Assembly: GCA_041739675.1 (NCBI GenBank)
Contig: JBGSNL010000053.1
Span: 1-57,679, forward strand
Length of the DNA stretch: 57,679 nt
Direction: 5' to 3'
DNA from: a bacterium
GTDB lineage: Bacteria > UBA10199 > 2-02-FULL-44-16 > DYJF01
Shown: one piece after another, positions 39,301 through 48,894 of the stretch
How positions within the stretch are numbered: position 1 is the first letter of the stretch
Layout: each line of letters opens with the position of its first letter
The notes under the pieces: model-generated
Told to the model about the DNA's origin: nothing
Database searches by the model: none
What the model saw: the letters and a program-made list of their open reading frames with translations, nothing else
Translations under genes and position numbers: made by a program

Positions 39301-39521
39301 TTTTCCACAAACTCCGGCGTCACCGGCAAAAAATAAACACTGTCGGCAAAACCTTCCGACGTCTGGATCGTCGCGATGTTGGGATTTACGAGGACAGTTG
39401 CGATTCCTTCCTCTTTGAGCGCTTTGATCGCCTGGCTACCGGAGTAATCGAACTCGCCGGCCTCGCCGATCTTCAAGGCACCCGAACCAAGCACCAGAAC
39501 TTTTTTCAGTTTATTCGTCAT
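36330..39521 (-). CDS. carB: carbamoyl-phosphate synthase large subunit
   Basis: GEFDYSGSQA, duplicated ATP-grasp domains, MGS-like C-terminus. Confidence 0.97.
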   Translation of the reverse strand: MTNKLKKVLVLGSGALKIGEAGEFDYSGSQAIKALKEEGIATVLVNPNIATIQTSEGFADSVYFLPVTPEFVEKVIEKERPDGVLLSFGGQTALNCGVALHRGGVFQKHGVRVLGTPVATIEDTEDRELFCKRLAEIDVPVPKSTAVSTLEDARRAAAKIGYPIMIRIAYALGGLGSGLCVDEKDLTERASAAFSHTKQILVEEFLEGWKEVEYEVVRDAHDNCITVCNMENFDPLGIHTGESIVVAPSQTLTNEEYHRLREVAIRTVRHLGIVGECNIQYALHPKSNEFRVIEVNARLSRSSALASKATGYPLAFVAAKIAIGKSLLEIDNIVTGATKACFEPALDYLVVKIPRWDLKKFRLVSKRIGSGMKSVGEVMAIGRTFEEALQKGLRMLEIGADGLTGGAGIVFEDIEDEIKSPSDERIFAIYQAFKNGMTVDSIHKLSHIDPWFLAKLQNIVAMEDEIASYEGRLLPEVLLLDAKRAGFSDRQIAFAQKSSEKEVRFTRRRLGFKPAIKQIDTLAAEYPARTNYLYCTYNGSEDDVEPAGRGAVMVLGSGAYRIGSSVEFDWCCVNTVQSLRRLGFKTIMVNCNPETVSTDFDECDRLYFEELTFETVLEIYEREMPAGIVLAVGGQVANNLAMRLSDAGVRILGTQARSIDQAEDRHKFSKLLDELGINQPPWEELTKIEDAKEFAAEVGYPVLVRPSYVLSGAAMAVALNDDDLVRFLGKAAKVSHEHPVVISKFIMGAKELEIDGVAKKGELLAYVMSEHVENAGVHSGDATMVVPPQRTYLETVRQVKRIANRVAKALNINGPFNIQFLAKDNDVSVIECNLRASRSFPFVSKVCGTNLIDVATKVMMDWPVPEITLKPFNMEYVGVKAPQFSFTRLKGADPTLSVEMSSTGEVGCIGDDFEEAFLKAMISVGFKLPVKTVLISAGTTENKADFLPYARTLLSMGVKILATDGTAKFLNDHAVKTEVVAWPNEKREGNAEDKIRAGGIDLVINIPKNYQKEELTNGYLIRRAAADFGVPLITNIQLAKRLVESLSRKSFDDLASKAWHEYE

Positions 39522-40600
39522 TTCAATGTTGAAATAAATTCATCGAACAGGAAACCCGTATCAATCGGACCAGGCATCGCCTCCGGATGGAACTGAACGC
39601 TCATTATGGGTTTCGTCTTGTGCCTCAAACCCTCATTGGTCCCGTCGTTCGCGTTTATAAACCAGGGCTCCAAACCTTCCGGCAATGTCTTCTCGTCTAC
39701 TGCATAGCCGTGGTTTTGCGACGTGATGAAACAGCGGTTCGTACCCGCCATCTTGCAAGGCTGATTCTGCCCGCGATGGCCGAATTTCAATTTGTATGTC
39801 TTTGCCCCCGATGCCAGCGCCAGCATCTGATTGCCGAGGCAGATACCGAAAGCTGGAATTCCCGCTTCTATCACCTTGCGCGCGGTTTCAATCGTTGCAG
39901 CGCAATCGGTGGGATCCCCCGGGCCGTTCGAGAAGAGAACACCGTTCACGTCGAGCTTTGTCACGTCGAAGTTCCACGGAACGCGCACCACTGCCATGCC
40001 GCGTCTGATAAGACTTTTTATGATAGTGTTTTTGCAGCCGCAGTCGATGACGGCAATGCGCTTTTTTCCCTCCCCGTAGTTCACAGGCTCCGTCACCGAC
40101 ACCTCGGAGACGACGTGCGTGGGAGGCAGGACAAGATTCGCGCCCTTCGGGTCATCCGTTATCGCCCCCGCCATCACCCCTCGCTCACGGAGCCTCTTTG
40201 CTATGGCGCGCGTGTCCACACCTTCAATTCCCGGGACCCCCTCCTCCGCCAAAAGGTCGGAAAGTCCGCGCTCCGCGCTCCAGTGGTGATGGTAGGCCGA
40301 ATACTGGGAGACAGCGAGCCCCTTGAGATGTATGTGCGTCGACTCGTAGCCGCTTGAAAGCTCGCGCGCAAACTCAGCAGGGACGCCGTAATTACCAATC
40401 AAAGGATAAGTCAAAACAAGGATTTGGCCGCGATATGAGGGATCAGTGAAGGATTCAGGATACCCAACCATTCCGGTATTGAAAACCACCTCTCCCACCG
40501 TTTTCGTTGGGGCACCGAAAGAAAAACCGCCAAATGCGCTGCCGTCTTCCAGAACGAGGAAGCAAGGCTTGCGAACCGGCGGTTTTACATTGGTTTTCAT
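39518..40600 (-). CDS. carA: carbamoyl-phosphate synthase small subunit
   Basis: GEVVFNTGM, SNGPGDP, GICLGNQ, SQNHG, QFHPE. Confidence 0.97.
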   Translation of the reverse strand: MKTNVKPPVRKPCFLVLEDGSAFGGFSFGAPTKTVGEVVFNTGMVGYPESFTDPSYRGQILVLTYPLIGNYGVPAEFARELSSGYESTHIHLKGLAVSQYSAYHHHWSAERGLSDLLAEEGVPGIEGVDTRAIAKRLRERGVMAGAITDDPKGANLVLPPTHVVSEVSVTEPVNYGEGKKRIAVIDCGCKNTIIKSLIRRGMAVVRVPWNFDVTKLDVNGVLFSNGPGDPTDCAATIETARKVIEAGIPAFGICLGNQMLALASGAKTYKLKFGHRGQNQPCKMAGTNRCFITSQNHGYAVDEKTLPEGLEPWFINANDGTNEGLRHKTKPIMSVQFHPEAMPGPIDTGFLFDEFISTLK

Positions 40601-40702
40601 TTAAGTTGTCCTGCCGCCTTTACGCAAAAAAAACGCCATAGTCAACATCATTGACGTGTATTTTTTAGTGTGATAGTCGCCCTTTTTACTACGGAGGAAC
40701 AA

Positions 40703-41275
40703 ATGCGCAAACAGCCAGATATCCAGCGGGAAGGCCATATGGACCTTGGCTTTGTGGACGAGGTGGCCGCCATTCCGGGTGGTGAAAAGATTGTCGACTG
40801 CATACAATGCGGCACCTGTTCCGGATCGTGTCCCACGAGCTTTCTCATGGAGGATTCCCCGCGGAGCCTGATCTACAAGGTCCGCGCCGGCCTCAAGAAA
40901 GAAGTTCTGCAAAGTCCCGACATCTGGCTTTGCACGTCATGCTATCTCTGCTACGTGCGCTGCCCCAAAAACATAAAAGTCACCGACATCATGTACGCCT
41001 TGAAAAGGCTCTCCTGCAAGGACTCGCCGATTCAGCGAAAAGGCTACCATCTGGCAAAATCGTTCATGAAGGTGGTCAACAAGTATGGAAGAAATCAGGA
41101 GACCGAACTCCTGCTTCGCTTCTTCCTTCGGGCAAATCCCATCGGCCTCATACGCAACGCATTCATCGGCCTCAATTTGTTCATCCGCGGCCGCATGCCG
41201 ATCTTCCCCAACAAGATTAAGCAGAGAAAGCAATTCCGGGCGATCGTCGCAAGGGCCGAAACGCTTTCCAACTAA
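40703..41275 (+). CDS. hdrC: heterodisulfide reductase subunit C
   Basis: CIQCGTCSGSCP and WLCTSCYLCYVRCP; GGAGG RBS. Confidence 0.92.
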   Translation: MRKQPDIQREGHMDLGFVDEVAAIPGGEKIVDCIQCGTCSGSCPTSFLMEDSPRSLIYKVRAGLKKEVLQSPDIWLCTSCYLCYVRCPKNIKVTDIMYALKRLSCKDSPIQRKGYHLAKSFMKVVNKYGRNQETELLLRFFLRANPIGLIRNAFIGLNLFIRGRMPIFPNKIKQRKQFRAIVARAETLSN

Positions 41276-41293
41276 TTACAGAAGGGCAAACGC

Positions 41294-42172
41294 ATGGCAC
41301 TCCAAAAAGAATATCTCTACTACCCCGGCTGTTCTCTCCATTCGTCGGCAACAGCCTATGACGATTCGTCGCGCGCGGTACTTTCCGCACTGGGCTCGAA
41401 GGTCGTCGAAATCGACGACTGGAACTGCTGCGGGGCCACCGCCTACATGGCGATCAAGGAGATGACAGCATTCACGATCTCCGCAAGAAATCTAGCGATC
41501 GCCGAGAAAAAAGGCGATCACGTGGTCGCCCCGTGCAGCGGATGCTATGTCGGGCTTTCCAAGGCGAACAACTACATCAAGGAATTTCCCGAGGTCCAAA
41601 AAAAGGTGAACACCGCGCTCGCCGAGGGAGGACTCTCATATAACGGCACCGTGCATGTGAGACACGTCATGGATCTTTTCGTCCACGATCTCGGCGCCGA
41701 CGAGCTCAAGAAATTTATCAAGAAGCCGTTGAAGGATCTCAAGGTCGGCTGCTACTACGGCTGCCAGATCGTCCGCCCGAAAAACGAGATCGACTCTCCG
41801 GAATATCCGACGACGATGGAAAAGCTCATGGAGGCCTGCGGCGCCACCCCAATCGATTTCGTGATGAAGGCCTTCTGCTGCGGCGGCGCAATTCTAGGAA
41901 CCGAAGAGGCAATCGGCGTCCGTCTTATAAAAAATCTTATGCAGTCGGCGAAGAAAAACGGGGCGGAGATTTTGGTCACGCCGTGTCCGTTGTGCCAGAT
42001 GAACCTTGACGCATACCAGAGGCGTGCAGCCAAAAAATATGGAATGAAATTCGACATACCAGTTCTCTACTTCACGCAACTCATCGGTCTTGCGATGGGA
42101 ATTGCGCCCAAAAAGCTGGGAATCGGCAAAGAGATCGTGTCGGCAAAGAGTGTTCTAAAACAGTTTTTATAG
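41294..42172 (+). CDS. hdrB: heterodisulfide reductase subunit B
   Basis: YYPGC, DWNCCG, YYGC, CCGG, CPLCQMNLD (two CCG domains). Confidence 0.94.
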   Translation: MALQKEYLYYPGCSLHSSATAYDDSSRAVLSALGSKVVEIDDWNCCGATAYMAIKEMTAFTISARNLAIAEKKGDHVVAPCSGCYVGLSKANNYIKEFPEVQKKVNTALAEGGLSYNGTVHVRHVMDLFVHDLGADELKKFIKKPLKDLKVGCYYGCQIVRPKNEIDSPEYPTTMEKLMEACGATPIDFVMKAFCCGGAILGTEEAIGVRLIKNLMQSAKKNGAEILVTPCPLCQMNLDAYQRRAAKKYGMKFDIPVLYFTQLIGLAMGIAPKKLGIGKEIVSAKSVLKQFL

Positions 42173-42184
42173 AGGGGAACATCC

Positions 42185-44170
42185 ATGTCACCGAAGATAG
42201 GCGTTTACATCTGTCATTGCGGAACGAACATCGCGGGAAAAGTCGCGATCGACGAAGTCGTCGAGTTCGCGAAAAAACTGCCCAACGTTGTGATGGTCCG
42301 CGACTACAAGTTCATGTGCTCGGAGCCGGGTCAGAACCTCATCAAGGACGACATCAAAAAGGAGAAGCTCGACCGCGTGGTCGTCGCCTCCTGCTCGCCT
42401 TTGATGCACGAAAAGACGTTCCGCACCGCATGTGAAACGGCGGGCTTGAACAAATATCTCCTGCACATGGCCAACATCCGCGAGCATTGCTCGTGGGTGA
42501 CCGAAGAGAACGCCTCGGCTACAGAAAAGGCCAAGGCGCTTCTGCGCGGAGCGGTCGCGAAGGCGGCGCTTCTGGAGCCGCTGGAAAAGAAAGAAGTCAA
42601 AATCCATCCGCATGTCATGGTGATCGGCGGCGGCATCGCAGGCATCCAGGCTGCGCTAGACATCGCAGACAGCGGACGTAAGGTCTACCTTGTTGAGAAG
42701 GAACCCTCCATCGGCGGCCACATGTCGCAGTTCGACAAAACTTTCCCCACCCTTGACTGCGCCGCATGCATCCTCACTCCGAAGATGGTGCAGGTGGGCC
42801 AGCATCCGAACATCGAACTCCTCTCATACAGCGAAGTCGAAAAACTTGACGGCTACGTCGGCAATTTCAAGGCAACCGTCCGGATGAAGAGCCGCTACGT
42901 CAACGAAGAGAAATGCACGGGCTGCGGCGATTGCTGGAACAAGTGTCCCGCCTGGCGCGTTGAAAAACCGAAGGGCGACAAAAAGGTCGTTCACGACGCG
43001 CTGACTCTCGGGCCGCCGAAGGCGATCTACATGCCCACACTTCAGGCGATCCCTGCGGTTCCCGTCATCGACAAGGAATCGTGCATTTATTTCAAAAACG
43101 GAAAATGCCAGATTTGCGTGAAGAGCTGCCCCACCGGCGCCGTCGACCACAAGATGGTCGATGTCGTGCGGGAGATTGAAGTGGGCTCCATCATTGTGGC
43201 GACCGGCTATAAACTTTTCGACGTGACAAAGATGCCGCAGTACGGATATGGAAGATATCCCAACGTTCTGACCGGTCTGGAATTTGAACATCTGAACTGC
43301 GCGTCCGGCCCGACTGGCGGCGCCGTCCTTATGGAAAATGGGCAACCGCCGAAATCGATCGCCATCCTCCACTGCATCGGCAGCCGCGACAAAAATTATC
43401 ATGAATACTGCTCGCGCGTGTGCTGCATGTACGCGCTGAAATTCGCGCATCTCGTGAAAGAAAAAACCGGCGCGGAGGTCTATGATTTCTACATCGACAT
43501 GCGCTCGTTCGGCAAAGGGTTCGAAGAGTTCTACAACCGCCTACTTGAAGAAGGAGTGAGATTTATCCGCGGCAAGGCAGCACAGATTTCAAATGAAGCG
43601 ATCTACCCCGAAGAGGAAGGCAAACTCATAGTCCGCTGTGACGACACGCTTCTGGGCCGCGTGCGCCGCGTGCCGGTCGATATGGTCGTGCTCTGTTCCG
43701 CCATTGAGGCGACAGGCGACTCTCAGGATATGTCCCGCCTGCTGGGGCTTTGCCACAGCAAGGACGGTTTTTTTGCTGAAAAGCATCCGAAGCTCGCGCC
43801 GGTTTCCACGGCGACGGATGGCATCTTTATCGCGGGATGCTGCCAGAGCCCAAAAGATATTCCCGATACGGTCGCGCAGGCGTCGGGCGCCGCAGCACAG
43901 GCAATGATGCTTGCAGCGCGAGGCGCTATCGAAGTCGAGTCGGCAACGGCGCTGATCGACGAGGACCGTTGCACAGGCTGCCGCATCTGCAACGATCTGT
44001 GCCCCTATCACGCGATAGATTTCATCGCCGACGACAAACTGTCGAAAGTCAACGAGGCGTTGTGCAAGGGCTGCGGCACCTGCGTTGCAGCGTGCCCCTG
44101 CTCGGCAATCGCCGCGAGGCAGTTCAACGATGCGCAGGTCCTGGCCGAAATTGAAGGAGTTTTGCAATAA
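42185..44170 (+). CDS. hdrA: heterodisulfide reductase subunit A
   Basis: CHCGTNI, GGGIAG, KTFPTLDCAACIL, CSRVCC, inserted and C-terminal ferredoxin domains. Confidence 0.96.
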   Translation: MSPKIGVYICHCGTNIAGKVAIDEVVEFAKKLPNVVMVRDYKFMCSEPGQNLIKDDIKKEKLDRVVVASCSPLMHEKTFRTACETAGLNKYLLHMANIREHCSWVTEENASATEKAKALLRGAVAKAALLEPLEKKEVKIHPHVMVIGGGIAGIQAALDIADSGRKVYLVEKEPSIGGHMSQFDKTFPTLDCAACILTPKMVQVGQHPNIELLSYSEVEKLDGYVGNFKATVRMKSRYVNEEKCTGCGDCWNKCPAWRVEKPKGDKKVVHDALTLGPPKAIYMPTLQAIPAVPVIDKESCIYFKNGKCQICVKSCPTGAVDHKMVDVVREIEVGSIIVATGYKLFDVTKMPQYGYGRYPNVLTGLEFEHLNCASGPTGGAVLMENGQPPKSIAILHCIGSRDKNYHEYCSRVCCMYALKFAHLVKEKTGAEVYDFYIDMRSFGKGFEEFYNRLLEEGVRFIRGKAAQISNEAIYPEEEGKLIVRCDDTLLGRVRRVPVDMVVLCSAIEATGDSQDMSRLLGLCHSKDGFFAEKHPKLAPVSTATDGIFIAGCCQSPKDIPDTVAQASGAAAQAMMLAARGAIEVESATALIDEDRCTGCRICNDLCPYHAIDFIADDKLSKVNEALCKGCGTCVAACPCSAIAARQFNDAQVLAEIEGVLQ

Positions 44171-44179
44171 GGAGCGATT

Positions 44180-44617
44180 ATGTTTGAGCCGAAAATTTTG
44201 GGCATTTTTTGCAACTGGTGTTCGTACACGGGGGCGGATCTCGCCGGAACCGCGCGCATCAAGTACGCTCCGAACGTCAGGATCGTGCGCGTGATGTGCT
44301 CCGGCCGCGTGGACAACAATTTCGTCCTCAAGGCGTTTCAGGAAGGGGCCGACGGCGTGCTCGTTGCCGGTTGCCATCCGGGCGACTGCCACTACATCGA
44401 GGGGAATTACAAGACGATGGGCAGGGTCCCTATTTTGAAAGAGATGTTGAAGCAGTTCGGAATCGAACCCGAAAGATTCAGACTTGAGTGGATATCCGCA
44501 TCCGAAGGGGACCGCGTGGCCGAAGTCATTAACAGCATGACCGAGCAGGTGAGAAAACTGGGGCCCCTCAATTGGAAATCAACAACCGACACAAAGGATT
44601 TCAGCCATGTCAGATAA
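44180..44617 (+). CDS. mvhD: hydrogenase [2Fe-2S] subunit MvhD
   Basis: FCNWCSY, MCSGRV, GCHPGDCHY, WISASEG. Confidence 0.95.
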   Translation: MFEPKILGIFCNWCSYTGADLAGTARIKYAPNVRIVRVMCSGRVDNNFVLKAFQEGADGVLVAGCHPGDCHYIEGNYKTMGRVPILKEMLKQFGIEPERFRLEWISASEGDRVAEVINSMTEQVRKLGPLNWKSTTDTKDFSHVR

Positions 44618-45605
44618 AAAATTAAAGCTGGGTTTGTACTGGGGCGCGTCCTGTGGCGGCTGCGATATCTCGACGCTTGAGATCGCGGAGAATATTCTGA
44701 AGGTGATTGAAGTCGCCGACATCGTTTTGTGGCCCTGCGTCGTGGACTTCAAATACGAGGACGTGAAAAACTATCCCGACGGCTACATGGATGTCTGCCT
44801 CTGGAACGGCGGCATCAGAAACAGCGAGACAAAAGAAATAGCTGAGCTCATCCGCAAAAAATCCAAAGTGCTGGTAGCGTACGGCGCATGCTCGTCTTTC
44901 GGCGGCATCCCGGCGCTCGCCAATTTGTATACAAAGGAATCGATTTTTGAACGCGCATACAAGACAACGGAGTCGACGGACAACCCGCAGGGCATTCTGC
45001 CGCAGACAAGCGTGAAGATGCCCGAAGGCGAACTGCACATTCCTGAATTTTACGGCTCGGTCTATCGGCTGAACGACGTGGTCGATGTCGATTATTTCAT
45101 GCCAGGCTGCCCGCCTACGGCGAAGCAGACGTGGAGCGTGATCCAGGCGATAGTCGCCGGAAAGCTTCCGCCAAAAGGTTCGGTCGTGGGTGTAGGCGAC
45201 AAGACAGTGTGCGACGAGTGCCCATTTGAAAAGAAAACTGAAGGCGTGCGCATTGAACGCTTCAAGCGCCCGCACCTTGACAGACCGGACCTGACACCAA
45301 AGCCCGAGCTTAAAAACAAACCGCAGTGTCTGCTCGAGCAGGGTTTTGTGTGCGTCGGTTCGGCAACCCGCTCCGGCTGCGAAGCGCAGTGTCTGAAGGC
45401 CAACATGCCCTGCCGCGGATGCTACGGCCCCGCGAAGGACGTCGAAGATCAAGGTTCGAAGGCCGCCGCCGCGATCGGATCGCTCATCGACACGCAGGGC
45501 AACGAAAAACGCGGCGAAGAGATTGCCGCCCAGATCGTAGATCCGGTCGGCACGTTTTACAGATTCGGTGTCTCAAATTCGCTCCTGAGACGAGCAAAAA
45601 TATAA
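44607..45605 (+). CDS. mvhG: group 3c [NiFe] hydrogenase small subunit
   Basis: SCGGC, GACS, PGCPP, CDECP, CLLEQG, PCRGC. Confidence 0.93.
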   Translation: MSDKKLKLGLYWGASCGGCDISTLEIAENILKVIEVADIVLWPCVVDFKYEDVKNYPDGYMDVCLWNGGIRNSETKEIAELIRKKSKVLVAYGACSSFGGIPALANLYTKESIFERAYKTTESTDNPQGILPQTSVKMPEGELHIPEFYGSVYRLNDVVDVDYFMPGCPPTAKQTWSVIQAIVAGKLPPKGSVVGVGDKTVCDECPFEKKTEGVRIERFKRPHLDRPDLTPKPELKNKPQCLLEQGFVCVGSATRSGCEAQCLKANMPCRGCYGPAKDVEDQGSKAAAAIGSLIDTQGNEKRGEEIAAQIVDPVGTFYRFGVSNSLLRRAKI

Positions 45606-45615
45606 CGGAGTTCAC

Positions 45616-47076
45616 ATGAAACGCATTTCAATCGATCCGGTAACGAGACTTGAAGGCCACGGGAAGATAGAAATCTTCTTAGACGACAAAGGCGATGTGG
45701 CCAACGCCTACTTCCAGGTTCCCGAGCTTCGGGGATTTGAGAAATTCGCGGAAGGCCGCCCTGTCGAGGAGCTTCCCCGCATCACGTCAAGAATCTGCGG
45801 CGTCTGCCCGGAGGCCCACATGATGGCCGCCGCTAAGGCTTGCGACGCGGTTTACGGGATCGAACTTCCTTCCACAGCAAAGAAACTTCGCGAACTACAA
45901 TACAGCGCATTTTTCCTTGGCGATCACACGACACATTTTTACGCCCTTGGCGGACCTGATTTCGTGTGCGGACCGGACGCGCCCAAAGCTGAAAGAAATA
46001 TCGTCGGCGTTATAAAGAAAGTCGGCGTCGAAGTGGGCGGAAAGGTTATCAAGACGCGCCGCGAATGCCATGAGGTGGCGCAGATCCTTGGCGGCAAACC
46101 GGTGACCCCTGTCAACGCCATCCCCGGCGGCATGAGCAAGGGGCTGAACAAGGAAGAGCGTGACCGCATCGAAAAAATTGCGCGCGACGGCGTTGAATTC
46201 GGAAAGTTCACACTCAAGGTGTTCGAAGACATCGTTCTGAAGAACAAGGCCTATGTGGATCTGATTCTATCCGATCCTTACACCTTCCCTACATATTATA
46301 TGGGACTGGTTGATGCTAACAACAAAGTAAACTTCTACGACGGAAAGGTCCGCGTCGTGGGCCCGGACGGCAAAGAACATTGCAAATATCAGCCGCACGA
46401 ATACCGCGAGTTTGTCGCGGAGCACGTCGAGCCGTGGACATATTTGAAATTCCCGTATCTGAAAAAGATCGGCTGGAAGGGATTTACTGGCGGCCTGGAG
46501 AGCGGCGTCTATCAGGCAACCCCGCTCTCGCGTTTGAATGCGGCGGACGGCATGGCAACACCACTAGCGCAGGCCGAATACGAGAAGATGTACAAGACGC
46601 TCGGCGGAAAACCGGTGAAGCACAACCTCGCGATGCACTGGGCGCGCGTCATCGAACTAACTTACGCCGCTGAAAGACTTTTGCAGCTCGTAACCGATCC
46701 GGAAATCACGGGCCCTGATTATCGCGCACTGCCCACGAAGATCCCGACAGAGGGTGTGGGAATCGTCGAGGCACCGCGCGGCACGCTGACGCATCATTAC
46801 TGGACCGATGAAAACGGCATCGTCACGAAGGCGAACCTCATCGTCGGAACGACGAACAACCACGCACCGATCTGCATGTCGATCAAGAAGGCGGCGCAGG
46901 GGGTCATCAAGGCCGGCAAACCGGTGACGGACGCGCTTCTCAACATGGTCGAGATGTCGTTCCGTTCGTACGACCCGTGCTACGGCTGCGCCACACACTC
47001 GCTCCCGGGCGAAATGCCGCTTGAGGTAACGGTCTACGACAAGGACAGAAATGTCCTGCACAAGCTCACGCGCTGA
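45616..47076 (+). CDS. mvhA: group 3c [NiFe] hydrogenase large subunit
   Basis: TRLEGHG, L1 RICGVC, L2 DPCYGCATH plus a tail. Confidence 0.95.
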   Translation: MKRISIDPVTRLEGHGKIEIFLDDKGDVANAYFQVPELRGFEKFAEGRPVEELPRITSRICGVCPEAHMMAAAKACDAVYGIELPSTAKKLRELQYSAFFLGDHTTHFYALGGPDFVCGPDAPKAERNIVGVIKKVGVEVGGKVIKTRRECHEVAQILGGKPVTPVNAIPGGMSKGLNKEERDRIEKIARDGVEFGKFTLKVFEDIVLKNKAYVDLILSDPYTFPTYYMGLVDANNKVNFYDGKVRVVGPDGKEHCKYQPHEYREFVAEHVEPWTYLKFPYLKKIGWKGFTGGLESGVYQATPLSRLNAADGMATPLAQAEYEKMYKTLGGKPVKHNLAMHWARVIELTYAAERLLQLVTDPEITGPDYRALPTKIPTEGVGIVEAPRGTLTHHYWTDENGIVTKANLIVGTTNNHAPICMSIKKAAQGVIKAGKPVTDALLNMVEMSFRSYDPCYGCATHSLPGEMPLEVTVYDKDRNVLHKLTR

Positions 47077-47565
47077 ATGAATTCCAAAACGATTATTTTG
47101 GGATTGGGAAACACGATCCTCACCGACGACGGCGCGGGGATCTACGTCGTGCGCGAAATCCAATCGCTAATCACCAATCACCAATCACTAATCACTATCA
47201 AGGAGGCCTCCGTCGGCGGCTTCAACTTCATTGACCTGCTGACGGGTTATGACCGCGCAGTGATCGTCGACGCCATCCACACAAAGGACGGCAAACCGGG
47301 TGAATTCTACGAATTAGACATATCCGCGCTGAAGCCCTCCGCGCGCCTTTCTTCTCTTCACCAGATAGATTTTGCGACCGCCGTGGAGCTTGCAAAAAAC
47401 ATGGGTGTTGCATTTCCCAAAGAGATTGCAATATTTGTCATGGAAGTTGAGGACGAGTTTTCATTCGGCGAGAAGCCAACGCCGGAAGTCGAATCCGCAA
47501 TTCCAAAAATGGCCGAATCGATTGTCGCAAATTTGAAAGAGCGGGGGTGGATAGACCATGCATGA
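47077..47565 (+). CDS. hydrogenase maturation protease
   Basis: ILGLGNTILTDDGAG, IVDA, SLH. Confidence 0.92.
   Translation: MNSKTIILGLGNTILTDDGAGIYVVREIQSLITNHQSLITIKEASVGGFNFIDLLTGYDRAVIVDAIHTKDGKPGEFYELDISALKPSARLSSLHQIDFATAVELAKNMGVAFPKEIAIFVMEVEDEFSFGEKPTPEVESAIPKMAESIVANLKERGWIDHA
47161..47200 (+). repeat. YAATCAC heptamer array within the protease gene
   Basis: CAATCGC TAATCAC CAATCAC CAATCAC TAATCAC TATCA; encodes QSLITNHQSLITI. Confidence 0.8.
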
Positions 47566-47950
47566 ACTTTCAATCTGCCAGAAAATCATAGAGACAATAG
47601 AAAACGAAGCGGTAAAGAACGGGATGTCGAAAGTGAGAAGCGCCATTTTGCGCGTCGGCAAGATGGCGGCGTTCCAGAAGGATCAGCTGGGTTTCTGCCT
47701 CTCCACTTACGAGAAGAGCGAAATGCTTGCCGGAATGACCTTTGAGATCGAAGAGGTGCCGGTGGAACTTGAATGCAACGCCTGCCATCAGCGCTACGTG
47801 GACGCGCGTTTCGACGACGACGAGTTTGCGCACAGCATCGCCCACGCACCGGGACTTTTCATTCCCCCACCCTGCCCGGTCTGCACATCCGACGATGTCG
47901 CGATGATCGCCGGCGACGAACTCACACTTGTATCCATCGACGGCGAATGA
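47558..47950 (+). CDS. hypA: hydrogenase nickel chaperone HypA
   Basis: MHELS N-terminus; CNAC and CPVC zinc sites. Confidence 0.93.
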   Translation: MHELSICQKIIETIENEAVKNGMSKVRSAILRVGKMAAFQKDQLGFCLSTYEKSEMLAGMTFEIEEVPVELECNACHQRYVDARFDDDEFAHSIAHAPGLFIPPPCPVCTSDDVAMIAGDELTLVSIDGE

Positions 47951-48894
47951 GCAATACCCATATGAATGTGAGACAAAAATATCTGCGAAGACTCAAGAAC
48001 CTCAGCGGCATAACCATGGGCGCCGCGATTTACGGCATAGCATACTCGTGGTTTTTGATTCCGTACAAGATCGCGCCGGGCGGCGTCGGCGGCCTTGCAC
48101 AGATATTTTTTCACCTCTTCGGCTTTCCGGCCGGCGTTACGATGATAGTCTTAAACATTCCCCTTTTCATCGTGGCGTTCGCGCTCATCGGCAGAAAATT
48201 CGGATTGAATTCACTTTACGGAATGCTCGCCGGCTCGTTTTTTGTGGATCTTTTCTCGGTAAAGCGCATTTACACCCACGGACTTTTCACCGCGATACTT
48301 GAGCGCTACAACATCGGCAAAATGCCGGCCGACTGGGCGATGACCGACAACATCCTTCTGGCCTCCATCGCCGGCTCCATCCTTCTCGGAGTGGGGCTGG
48401 GCATCATATTCAGGTGCAGGGGCTCGACCGGCGGCACCGACATCCCCGTGATGCTTCTCAAAAAATATCTGGGCAAGCCCATCACCGCGGCCTATCTAAT
48501 GATAGAAACGGTTATAATTGTCACGATAGGCGTGGTTTTCAAGGACCCGAATCTCATCATCTGGGGATTTTTCAATCTCCTCATCGCGTCCCTTGTTTGC
48601 GACATCACCGCTGAAGGCCTGCCCGATACGAAAGCGGCCTTCATCATATCTGAGAGCCATGATCCGATCCGCCGACGCATAATCGAAGACCTTGGACGGG
48701 GCGTCACCGTCTTGAACGGAGAGGGGGGCTTCGATCTCAAACCCAGAAAATTCCTCTACGTTGCGGTCAGCCGCCAGCAGATAGCCGAGCTCAGAGATAT
48801 CGTGCGCGACGAAGATCCGAAGGCATTCGTGATATTGAACGACGTTCATGACGTCGTGGGATCGGGATTCCGCACTCGCGCGCTGGAGCTCTAA
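47947..48894 (+). CDS. YitT family membrane protein
   Basis: APGGVGG, STGGTDI, LGRGVT, DPKAF. Confidence 0.9.
   Translation: MSNTHMNVRQKYLRRLKNLSGITMGAAIYGIAYSWFLIPYKIAPGGVGGLAQIFFHLFGFPAGVTMIVLNIPLFIVAFALIGRKFGLNSLYGMLAGSFFVDLFSVKRIYTHGLFTAILERYNIGKMPADWAMTDNILLASIAGSILLGVGLGIIFRCRGSTGGTDIPVMLLKKYLGKPITAAYLMIETVIIVTIGVVFKDPNLIIWGFFNLLIASLVCDITAEGLPDTKAAFIISESHDPIRRRIIEDLGRGVTVLNGEGGFDLKPRKFLYVAVSRQQIAELRDIVRDEDPKAFVILNDVHDVVGSGFRTRALEL

Noticed and set aside
42185..47076. Selenocysteine in Hdr/Mvh subunits
   Set aside because: All frames are open with Cys codons; no in-frame TGA is needed.
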